This document shows positions 15,220 to 22,729 of a stretch of 64,000 bases of DNA, one piece after another. The first letter of the stretch is position 1; each line of letters opens with the position of its first letter. Source of the DNA: Acidimicrobiales bacterium (lineage in GTDB: Bacteria; Actinomycetota; Acidimicrobiia; Acidimicrobiales; Ilumatobacteraceae); contig JBILVB010000001.1 in NCBI GenBank assembly GCA_044370695.1, forward strand, positions 3,673 through 67,672, written 5' to 3'. The position numbers were made by a program, and so were the translations under genes. The notes beneath the pieces are model-generated. The model saw nothing but the letters and a program-made list of their open reading frames with translations. It had not been told where the DNA came from and searched no databases.

Positions 15220-17223
15220 ATGGGGTACGCGGTCGGTATCGATCTCGGGACGACGTTCACCGCTGCGGGGATCTCGGTTGCCGGGAAGCTCGAAACGATC
15301 CCACTGGGCGCACACGCGGTCGCCGTGCCCTCCGTTGCGTTCGTCGACAGCCCGATGTCGTTCGGCGACGAGGCCCTCGCGCGAGGCGCCGCCCGACCCG
15401 ACCGACTCGTCCGGGAGTTCAAGCGGGACCTCGGCCAGGACCACCCGATCCTCGTCGACGGACACGCCCTGACCGCCGAACAGCTCACCGGCAACCTCGC
15501 CGAATGGGTGATCGCCCGCTGCACCCAACTGCAGGGCTCGCCCCCCACCGACGTCGTGGTCACCCACCCCGCCAGTTGGCGGTCCTTCCGTCGCGAGCGC
15601 CTCGCGGCCGCCCTCTCGGGCGTGGCCCGCCAGGTCGGCAACCTGACGCTTGCGACGGAACCCGAAGCCGCCGCCGTCTACTACGCCACCCGCGACCGCA
15701 TCCCCGACGGTGCAGTCATCGCCGTCTACGACCTCGGTGGCGGCACCTTCGACGCCGCCGTGCTCCGCAAGACGGTGACCTCGTTCGAGCCGATCGGCAA
15801 GCCCGCCGGCGACGCGACCGTCGGCGGCTCGGACCTCGATCAGGAACTCCTGACCTTCGCGCTCGAGCAGGCCGGCCATCCGCTGCGCACCCTCGACCGC
15901 ACCAACCCCACGATCGCCGCGGAACTCGGTCGCTTGCGCGACGCCGTCACCCGCAGCAAAGAACTGCTCTCCATCGAACTCGACGTCGCCATCGGCGTCC
16001 GCCTCGGCCAACCGGCCGAGATCCGCATCACCCGACGGGATCTCGAGCGACTCGCCGAACCCCTGCTCGACAGCACCCTCGACACCTTCAACGAAGCACT
16101 CCGCAACGCCAAGGTCACCCCCGCCGACCTGCACGCCATCGTGCTGGTCGGCGGGGGTAGCCGCATGCCGCTCGTCGGGCAGATGATCTCCACCACCTAC
16201 GGCGCGCCCATCGCCGTGGATACCCACCCCAAGTTCGCGATCTGCCTCGGCGCCGCCATCCTCGCCGCCGACCGAGCCGGCGCAGCCCAGGGTGTGGTCC
16301 CCGCCGAACCCGGTCCTGCGAACGCTCCCGTCGATCTTCCGTCGCCGTTCGCTCCGCCGATCGCAGCCGCGACACCGATCGCCGCCGCCCTCCCGATCGC
16401 AGCTGCGGCACCGGTCTCGGCCGAACCTGCCCTCGCGGCCCCCGTCGCACCCCCCACCCCCGGGCTCGGCGCCGAGGAGGCCGAATCGGAGCCCGCGCCG
16501 GACACACCCGGCCCGGCGAGCCTTCCGACGCTCGTGACCGTTCCTGGCGAGAGCGACCGATCCCCGAACCGGGCGAAGGCACTCGTCGCTGCGGCAGCGG
16601 TCGTCGTCGTACTGCTCGGTCTGTTGATCATCCGCACCCAGTCCGGCGGCTCGAACGACGAGGCCGTCGGGGCTTCGGTCATCGCCGACTCCACGAGCGC
16701 CGACGCCACCACGACCGTTGCGACGACCAACCCCGTCACGGCTATTCCGGCGACCACGATCCCCTCGACGACGACCACGACGGCGGCGACGACCACCACG
16801 GTCACGACCGAACCGCCCGCCAACGACCCCGCCGAGGAAGGACCGGAATCGCAAACCACGGCTCGCCCGGCCGCAACGGCAAAGGCGACGGCACCAGCGC
16901 CAACCGCACCGTCGTCCTCGTCGTCCTCGTCCTCGTCGTCCTCGTCCTCGCCTTCGCCGTTGCCGTCGTCCAGCTTCTCGATCGTCACCTTCGTCACCCT
17001 GCCGAAGTTCAACACCGTGCCCAACCTCGTCGGGATGACCCAGGCCCAGGCCACTGCGGCCTATTCCAAGCTGGCGTTCGCCTCCACCTGCACGAAGTTC
17101 TCGTCGATGCTCGGCAAGGTCGTCAGCCAGTCGCCCACCGCCGGCACCTCGTACACACTGCTCAACGCCCCGACCATCACCATCTACATCGCCCAGTTCC
17201 TGAACCCGGTCTGCGGGAGCTGA
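15220..17223 (+). CDS. Hsp70-type ATPase domain - TM helix - Thr/Ser linker - PASTA domain protein
   Basis: Hsp70 motifs GIDLGTTFT, VYDLGGGTFD and LVGGGSRMPLV (aa 1-~350), with no substrate-binding domain. Pro/Ala linker, TM ALVAAAAVVVVLLGLLII (aa ~454-472), T/S-rich region with Ser13, then a C-terminal PASTA-like VPNLVGMTQAQATAAYSKL...VVSQSPTAGTSYTLLNAPTITIYI. Confidence 0.85.
   Translation: MGYAVGIDLGTTFTAAGISVAGKLETIPLGAHAVAVPSVAFVDSPMSFGDEALARGAARPDRLVREFKRDLGQDHPILVDGHALTAEQLTGNLAEWVIARCTQLQGSPPTDVVVTHPASWRSFRRERLAAALSGVARQVGNLTLATEPEAAAVYYATRDRIPDGAVIAVYDLGGGTFDAAVLRKTVTSFEPIGKPAGDATVGGSDLDQELLTFALEQAGHPLRTLDRTNPTIAAELGRLRDAVTRSKELLSIELDVAIGVRLGQPAEIRITRRDLERLAEPLLDSTLDTFNEALRNAKVTPADLHAIVLVGGGSRMPLVGQMISTTYGAPIAVDTHPKFAICLGAAILAADRAGAAQGVVPAEPGPANAPVDLPSPFAPPIAAATPIAAALPIAAAAPVSAEPALAAPVAPPTPGLGAEEAESEPAPDTPGPASLPTLVTVPGESDRSPNRAKALVAAAAVVVVLLGLLIIRTQSGGSNDEAVGASVIADSTSADATTTVATTNPVTAIPATTIPSTTTTTAATTTTVTTEPPANDPAEEGPESQTTARPAATAKATAPAPTAPSSSSSSSSSSSSSPSPLPSSSFSIVTFVTLPKFNTVPNLVGMTQAQATAAYSKLAFASTCTKFSSMLGKVVSQSPTAGTSYTLLNAPTITIYIAQFLNPVCGS
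16912..16950 (+). repeat. 13 consecutive Ser codons (TCG/TCC)
   Basis: Read directly: tcg tcc tcg tcg tcc tcg tcc tcg tcg tcc tcg tcc tcg, inside the extracellular linker of the Hsp70-PASTA gene. Confidence 0.95.
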
Positions 17224-17306
17224 TCCCGGCCGACCCCGGCACGGCGGCGGGGCAATATGCTCCCGGTGCAGGTACTCATGTCGAGGGATCGATCGGAGCG
17301 CGGTCC

Positions 17307-18665
17307 ATGACTTCCAACGAGACCGACCCGCACGGGATGGACTCGCCGGGCAACGTCGAGCGAGATCTGTTCGTCCAGCGTGCCTTGGACCAGCAAGGCG
17401 ATCACTACATCCTCGGTGCATCGTCTCACGGGTCCGACCCCCGGCAATTCGACTGCTCGTCGCTGGTGCAGTGGGCGGCGCGGGAGGCCGGCATCACGCT
17501 CGACCGCACGGCGCAGGACCAGTACGTCCAACTCAAGGGGCAGAACGCCACCGTGTCCGTGGAGGAGGCACTGCGCACCAAAGGCGCGCTGTTGTTCAGC
17601 TTCAGCGAGGAACCGACGGCCAAGGGCACCGTGCTCCGGCACGCCCACGTTGCGATAAGCCTCGGTGACGGCCGGACCATGGAGGCGATGGGGACGAGCT
17701 ACGGGGTCAAGGTCGCCAGCGCAACCGGCCGCTTCCAGTACGGCGCAGTCATCCCGGCATTCCGGGATCTGCCGGACCAAGCCCTGGGTCGGAACCGCTC
17801 CCTGTTCGAGACCGCCGAGTTGCCCCCGCCCGGCGCCGGCGCCTCCCCGCCACCCGTTTCCCCGAGTGTCGTCGCCCCTGCGACGACGACGGCCGCACCG
17901 CCCTTACCTGCCACGGCAGCCGGGTCGGCGCCGGCCGTTGCGGCATCGCCAGCGGCCGGCAGCCGAGCTCTCCCGGATCCGGAGCCCTCGAACCGCACGG
18001 GCACCGTCCCGGATCCGGCGCCGCCCGCAGGGCGCTCCGCTGCAACCGCAGCGCCTCCAGCGCCTCCAGCGCTCGAACCGCTCGAACCGCTCGAACCGCT
18101 CGCGAAACCGGCAGTCGCCGACCTCGCCCGGCCTGCCCCGCCCGATCTCACCCCCTTGGGCCGCGACGGCGGGCGCAGTGCCGCTCCCGCCAACCCCGAC
18201 CTCTTCGCTCGGACCGATCCGAGGGGAACCCTCCCGATCGACCCGGATCCCGGTACCGGCCACTCCGAGGCGATCGGCACCGCTGCGTCGTCTCGACCGG
18301 GGACGCCCTCCCTCGCCTCGCTGCAGACCGGTGCGATCCGGCTCGACCCTCGACTGCTCGGCACCCGTTCGCTCCCTCCCCTGCCCGGGGTTCCCGAACC
18401 CGCAGGCGGTGCTGCGCTCCACGAGTCGGTTGCGCGTGCACCGGCACCATCGCTGCCCCAACCCTCGATCGCTCCGGGCGAGCCCGCATGGGCCCGACCG
18501 GGAAGCGCCGGCGTCCACGAGGTCCTCACCACGGACCTCGATGCAGAGCATCACGGCGGCGGGTTGCACGACCTGCACGATGCCGTCGGCAGGTTGCACG
18601 ACCTGCACGAGGGGGCCGGTGGACTCCACGAGGTCCACGTCGACGACCACCTCCACCACCACTAG
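17307..18665 (+). CDS. NlpC/P60 (C40) cysteine peptidase domain protein with long Pro/Ala-rich tail and His-rich C-terminus
   Basis: Catalytic Cys context FDCSSLVQW and His context HVAISLGDG within aa ~20-150. No signal peptide or TM is visible. About 300 aa of low complexity ends in LHDLHDAVGRLHDLHEGAGGLHEVHVDDHLHHH. Confidence 0.8.
   Translation: MTSNETDPHGMDSPGNVERDLFVQRALDQQGDHYILGASSHGSDPRQFDCSSLVQWAAREAGITLDRTAQDQYVQLKGQNATVSVEEALRTKGALLFSFSEEPTAKGTVLRHAHVAISLGDGRTMEAMGTSYGVKVASATGRFQYGAVIPAFRDLPDQALGRNRSLFETAELPPPGAGASPPPVSPSVVAPATTTAAPPLPATAAGSAPAVAASPAAGSRALPDPEPSNRTGTVPDPAPPAGRSAATAAPPAPPALEPLEPLEPLAKPAVADLARPAPPDLTPLGRDGGRSAAPANPDLFARTDPRGTLPIDPDPGTGHSEAIGTAASSRPGTPSLASLQTGAIRLDPRLLGTRSLPPLPGVPEPAGGAALHESVARAPAPSLPQPSIAPGEPAWARPGSAGVHEVLTTDLDAEHHGGGLHDLHDAVGRLHDLHEGAGGLHEVHVDDHLHHH
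18051..18097 (+). repeat. 9-nt tandem repeats (GCGCCTCCA x2, GCTCGAACC x3)
   Basis: Encodes APPAPPALEPLEPLEPL inside the P60 tail. Confidence 0.9.
18562..18610 (+). repeat. direct repeat GGTTGCACGACCTGCACGA x2 with 30-nt period
   Basis: Copies at 18562..18580 and 18592..18610 encode the (G)LHDLH(D/E) units at the P60 C-terminus. Confidence 0.9.
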
Positions 18666-18667
18666 CG

Positions 18668-20470
18668 ATGTCGACGACGGAGGACCCCCTCGTCTACGCC
18701 CGCACGATCCTCGGCCATGCTCGGTACCGAGCCGAGCTGCTCGGTCACTCCGAGGTGGTTGCGCAACTCGATCCGGCGTGCCGTCTGCTCGACGATCCGT
18801 CGTCGTCGTTCGCCGTGATCCTGCGCGGGTTGTGCGATGCCGGCAAGACGACCCTCGCCAATGCGCTCGCCGGCGCCCCGCTCATTCCCGAACGCATCGA
18901 CGTCCCGACCCCGTGCCGGATCCGGCTCTGCGGTGGAGCCCCGAGCGTGACCGTTCGGCGACCGGACGACTCGACCGCACCGTTCGAACTCGGGCTCCTC
19001 GTCGCCGGTGACGACCCAGCACCGGACCCGTCGGCGATCGTCGAGGTCGCGGTGTCGCCCTGGCCGTTGCCGGCCGGCATCACGGTGGTCGACACGCCGA
19101 GCGACGGTCTCGATCCGCGCACGGCGGCCGGCGTCGACTGCGAATTCGGCGGTGTCCTGCTGGTCACCGACTCTGCGCAAGAGCTCTGCGACGCCGAGTT
19201 GGAACTCGCCGCAGCGTTGCACCGTGACAGCGCACTGCTCGGCATCGTGCAGACCAAGGTCGATCTCCACGTGCACGTCGAGCGGATCCTGGCCGCCAAC
19301 CGCGGACACCTGGACCGAGCGGGCATCTCCGTTCCCGTGTTCCCGGTGTCGGCCCGGCTGGCACTGTTGGGTCACGGTGCGGCCGACGGCACGCTCGTGA
19401 GCGAGTCCGGCACGCTCCCGCTGGCCGCTGCGTTGGAACGACTCGCTGCGCAGGGGTCGCGCACACCCCGGGCTCGCCGGGCGGCGGTCCTGGCCCGCGA
19501 ATCCGCAACCCTCCTCCTCGAAGCGGTCGCCGAGGCGCAGGCCGGCCTCACGGACCGAGACGCCGAGCGGCGAACCCACGAGCGCCTGACCGCAGCGTCG
19601 CTCGCCGTCGAGCGGCTCCGTTCCGGACAGGTTCGCTGGCGGGAGCGGTTGCACGAGGGGATCGAACGGCTGCAGCTCGACGTCGAGCACGAGTTCCGCA
19701 CCGGTCTGACCGAGATCAACACCGGCGCGGCCGACGAACTCGAACGGTCGGACCCGGCCAAGGTCTGGGAGGCCCTCGCAGATCGGATCCAGCGCAACGC
19801 CGACGAGTTGCTCGTTCGGGCACGCACGCGCATCGCCACGGACGCCACGACGCTCGGGCAGGAGCTCGCGGCGATGTTCGGCAGCGAGTTGGCGGCCCCG
19901 ACGGCAACGGGGCCGCTCGCCGGCCCGACCGGCAGCGGTATCGAACGTTCCGTCACGACGACGGCCGACCGGGGGGCGGTGACCGTGGCCGCTGTGCGCG
20001 GCGCGCTGCCGGGATCGTCGCTGTTCACGATCCTCGCCGCCCACCTCGGTGGGGTCGGGGGTGCCCTCGGCGTCGTCGCCGCCGGCGCCGTTGCGCTCCC
20101 CGTTGGGCTCGTGTTCGGCGCCGTGTCGTACCGGATGGCCCAACGGAGCCGGGCCGAGGCGCGCCGCCGAGCGGCCCACCAGTCCATCCGGCGGTTCCTC
20201 GACGGGTACGGGCCCGAGGCCTCGAAGATCGTCCGCGACGACCTCATCGCCGCACGCAACCGACTGCGCCACTACTTCGAGGAGCAGATCGTCGGGCTCC
20301 AGCAACGGGTCGAGGGCGAGTTGCGGCTCGCGGCGGAGAACGCCCAGCTCGACGAGGCCGATCGCCGCGCCCGGTGGGCGGAACTCGATGAGCACCGCCA
20401 GCAACTCGGGCTGGTCGCCGCACACGCCGAACGTCTGCTGGCCGAGTGCGCCCAAGGCCCTCGGCCGTGA
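18668..20470 (+). CDS. bacterial dynamin-like GTPase with membrane-hairpin region (DLP1)
   Basis: ATG 18668 lies 2 nt after the upstream stop. P-loop GLCDAGKTT, G3-like VVDTPSDG, G4 TKVD, long helical stalk, hydrophobic stretch LFTILAAHLGGVGGALGVVAAGAVALPVGLVFGAV. Confidence 0.8.
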   Translation: MSTTEDPLVYARTILGHARYRAELLGHSEVVAQLDPACRLLDDPSSSFAVILRGLCDAGKTTLANALAGAPLIPERIDVPTPCRIRLCGGAPSVTVRRPDDSTAPFELGLLVAGDDPAPDPSAIVEVAVSPWPLPAGITVVDTPSDGLDPRTAAGVDCEFGGVLLVTDSAQELCDAELELAAALHRDSALLGIVQTKVDLHVHVERILAANRGHLDRAGISVPVFPVSARLALLGHGAADGTLVSESGTLPLAAALERLAAQGSRTPRARRAAVLARESATLLLEAVAEAQAGLTDRDAERRTHERLTAASLAVERLRSGQVRWRERLHEGIERLQLDVEHEFRTGLTEINTGAADELERSDPAKVWEALADRIQRNADELLVRARTRIATDATTLGQELAAMFGSELAAPTATGPLAGPTGSGIERSVTTTADRGAVTVAAVRGALPGSSLFTILAAHLGGVGGALGVVAAGAVALPVGLVFGAVSYRMAQRSRAEARRRAAHQSIRRFLDGYGPEASKIVRDDLIAARNRLRHYFEEQIVGLQQRVEGELRLAAENAQLDEADRRARWAELDEHRQQLGLVAAHAERLLAECAQGPRP

Positions 20471-21915
20471 CGTTGCGGGCCGCCGTCGACGGTCTGCTCG
20501 CCCGCGCAGAGCTGCTGTCGGCAACCCCGGAGGCTGCGGCACAGCTCGCCGACGCCCGGTCCCGATTGACGGACCCGCTGCGCGTGGCGCTCGTCGGCCG
20601 GGTGAAAGCCGGAAAGTCCACGTTGCTCAACGCGCTGGTCGGCGACCTCGTCGCCGCCACCGACGCCGCCGAGTGCACGCTCATTCCGACCGAATACCAC
20701 GACGGCGTCACCTACCGGGCGTGGAAGGTGTACCGGGACGGCCACGTCGATCACGCCGTGTTCCGGCGGGACGAGCTCGGCGCCCGGGTCGACATCGGCG
20801 ACACGCCGGTCGAGGCGATCGAGCGACTGCTCGTCGAGTTCCCCAGCCCGCGACTGCGCGATCTCACGATCATCGACACACCCGGGCTCGGGTCGGCGAA
20901 TCGACACGTGTCGCAGCGCACGGCCGATCTCATCGCCGGGCAGGACGTCGCACCCGCCGATGCCGTCGTCTACCTGTTGCGGAACTGGCATGCGATCGAC
21001 CGCGAGTTCCTCGCCTGCTTCAACGACAGCCTCGGTGTCGACGTCCCGGCGTTCAACGCCGTGGCCGTGCTGTCGCGGGCCGACGAGATCGCCGGCGGCG
21101 GCCCCGACGCACTGCGCCAGGCCACGGCGCTGTCGGCACGCTGGGCCACCTCGGACGTGCTTGCGTCGGTGGTGTCCGACGTGCTCCCGGTCGCCGGTCT
21201 GCTGGCCCAATCGGCACTGGGGCTGACCCAGTCGGAGTACCAGGCGCTCGTGACCCTCGCCGCCTGCTCGCACGGCGAGCGGGACGCAGCGTTCGTCTCG
21301 GTGGCGCGAACCTGCGCGCCGGAACGACTCACGGCGCTGCCGGCGCCGACTCGCCGCGCCCTCGTCGAGAAGTTCGGGTTCCACGGTCTGCGACACGCCG
21401 TCGACTGGATCGGACGGAACCCCTTCGTGACGGCGAGCGACCTCGCCGCCGAGCTCACCCGCCAGAGCGGTCTGGAGTCGTTGCGCAGCGTGTTGTTCGA
21501 CCGCTTCGCCGAACGGGCCGACGTCCTGCGATCGATGCAAGCGCTCGACGTGCTCGATTCGCTGCGGCGGACGCATCAGGTCACCGACGACGACGACCTC
21601 GACGCCGAACTCGAGCGGGTGGAGGTCAACGCCCACGAGCTCGCCGAGCTGCGCTCCATCGAGGACATCGTTTCGGGGCAGTTCCAGTTGCCCAAGGATC
21701 TCCGTCGCGACGCATTGCGCGTCCTCGGCGAGCGCGGCACGTCACCGGCGCAACGACTGGGAATGGCGCCCGACGCCGACATCGCCAGCCACCTCGCCGA
21801 GGAACTCGCACGGTGGCGATCGATCGCCACGTCGTCGCTGAGCCTTCCCGACGAGCAGCGCGTGGCGCGCGTCGTGGTCCGTACGCTGGGCCGCCTGCGG
21901 TCGCTGCACCGCTGA
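20467..21915 (+). CDS. bacterial dynamin-like GTPase (DLP2)
   Basis: GTG 20467 overlaps the DLP1 stop (GTGA). P-loop GRVKAGKST, G3 IIDTPGLG, G4-like LSRAD, helical C-terminus, no TM. Confidence 0.8.
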   Translation: MTLRAAVDGLLARAELLSATPEAAAQLADARSRLTDPLRVALVGRVKAGKSTLLNALVGDLVAATDAAECTLIPTEYHDGVTYRAWKVYRDGHVDHAVFRRDELGARVDIGDTPVEAIERLLVEFPSPRLRDLTIIDTPGLGSANRHVSQRTADLIAGQDVAPADAVVYLLRNWHAIDREFLACFNDSLGVDVPAFNAVAVLSRADEIAGGGPDALRQATALSARWATSDVLASVVSDVLPVAGLLAQSALGLTQSEYQALVTLAACSHGERDAAFVSVARTCAPERLTALPAPTRRALVEKFGFHGLRHAVDWIGRNPFVTASDLAAELTRQSGLESLRSVLFDRFAERADVLRSMQALDVLDSLRRTHQVTDDDDLDAELERVEVNAHELAELRSIEDIVSGQFQLPKDLRRDALRVLGERGTSPAQRLGMAPDADIASHLAEELARWRSIATSSLSLPDEQRVARVVVRTLGRLRSLHR

Positions 21916-21931
21916 CTCCGGAGGAACCGGC

Positions 21932-22729
21932 ATGGCACGGCGCTGCACGAACTGCGGGCACGAGAGTCCCGACGGGGCACGGTTCTGCTTCAACACCGTG
22001 TGCGGGCAGGCACTGGACGCCGCGAGCCCCGGCAGCGAGCCGTCGGAGCGGAACCGATCGGGGCGGATGCTGCTGGTGGTCGTGGCCGGCGTCGCCGTGA
22101 TCGCCCTCGCAGCGGTGCTCACCATCGTCCTCACCCGTAACGAGGACGGCGCAGCGCCGGTGGCCACGACGGTGCCGTTCACCGGACCGGCGACCACGCT
22201 CGCGACGTCTGCGGCCACGACGGCGACGCCGCCCACCACCCGGGGTCCGGTCACCGCTCTCGCCCGCAGCCGGATCGTGCAGGCGACCGCGTCGTCGACG
22301 CTGCCCGAGGACACCGTGAACCGGATCACGTACGGCATCGAGAACACCCTCGACGGCGACCTGACGACGGCCTGGAACTCGGCCGGCTCGGAAGGCGAGC
22401 TGGTTCCACCCGAAGGGCAATGGCTGGAGTACCGGTTCGCCGCGCAGACCCCGATCACCCAGGTGCGGATCATCAACGGGTACGACCCTCGGAACGGCCG
22501 ATCGGCGTACACCGACAACCATCGGATCAAGACGTTCCGGCTGACGACCGGAGTCCAGACGCTCGAAGGCACCCTCGTGGACGACGAGACGCTGGCCCCC
22601 AACCTCATCCGCCTGAACGGCACCCCCGTGACGTTCGTACGCATCACCGTGATCTCGACCTACCCCCCCACCGGCAAGGCCTACGACGATGTCGGCGTCA
22701 CGGAGGTCGCGTTCTTCTCGGGCGGTTGA
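21932..22729 (+). CDS. Zn-ribbon - TM - discoidin (F5/8 type C-like) domain protein
   Basis: CTNCGHESPDGARFCFNTVCG, TM MLLVVVAGVAVIALAAVLTIVL, extracellular NTLDGDLTTAWNS...WLEYRF...VTEVAFF. GGAGGA SD. Confidence 0.8.
   Translation: MARRCTNCGHESPDGARFCFNTVCGQALDAASPGSEPSERNRSGRMLLVVVAGVAVIALAAVLTIVLTRNEDGAAPVATTVPFTGPATTLATSAATTATPPTTRGPVTALARSRIVQATASSTLPEDTVNRITYGIENTLDGDLTTAWNSAGSEGELVPPEGQWLEYRFAAQTPITQVRIINGYDPRNGRSAYTDNHRIKTFRLTTGVQTLEGTLVDDETLAPNLIRLNGTPVTFVRITVISTYPPTGKAYDDVGVTEVAFFSGG

Noticed and set aside
15061-17421. 786-aa minus-strand ORF
   Set aside because: It is entirely antisense to the Hsp70-PASTA gene, has extreme Arg/Gly content (RRRRGRRRGDRGRR runs) and no recognisable motif. 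The plus-strand product has clear Hsp70 and PASTA signatures.
18662-20542. 626-aa minus-strand ORF
   Set aside because: It is antisense to DLP1 and low-complexity Arg/Gly/Pro-rich, whereas the plus strand carries a P-loop and G4 motif.
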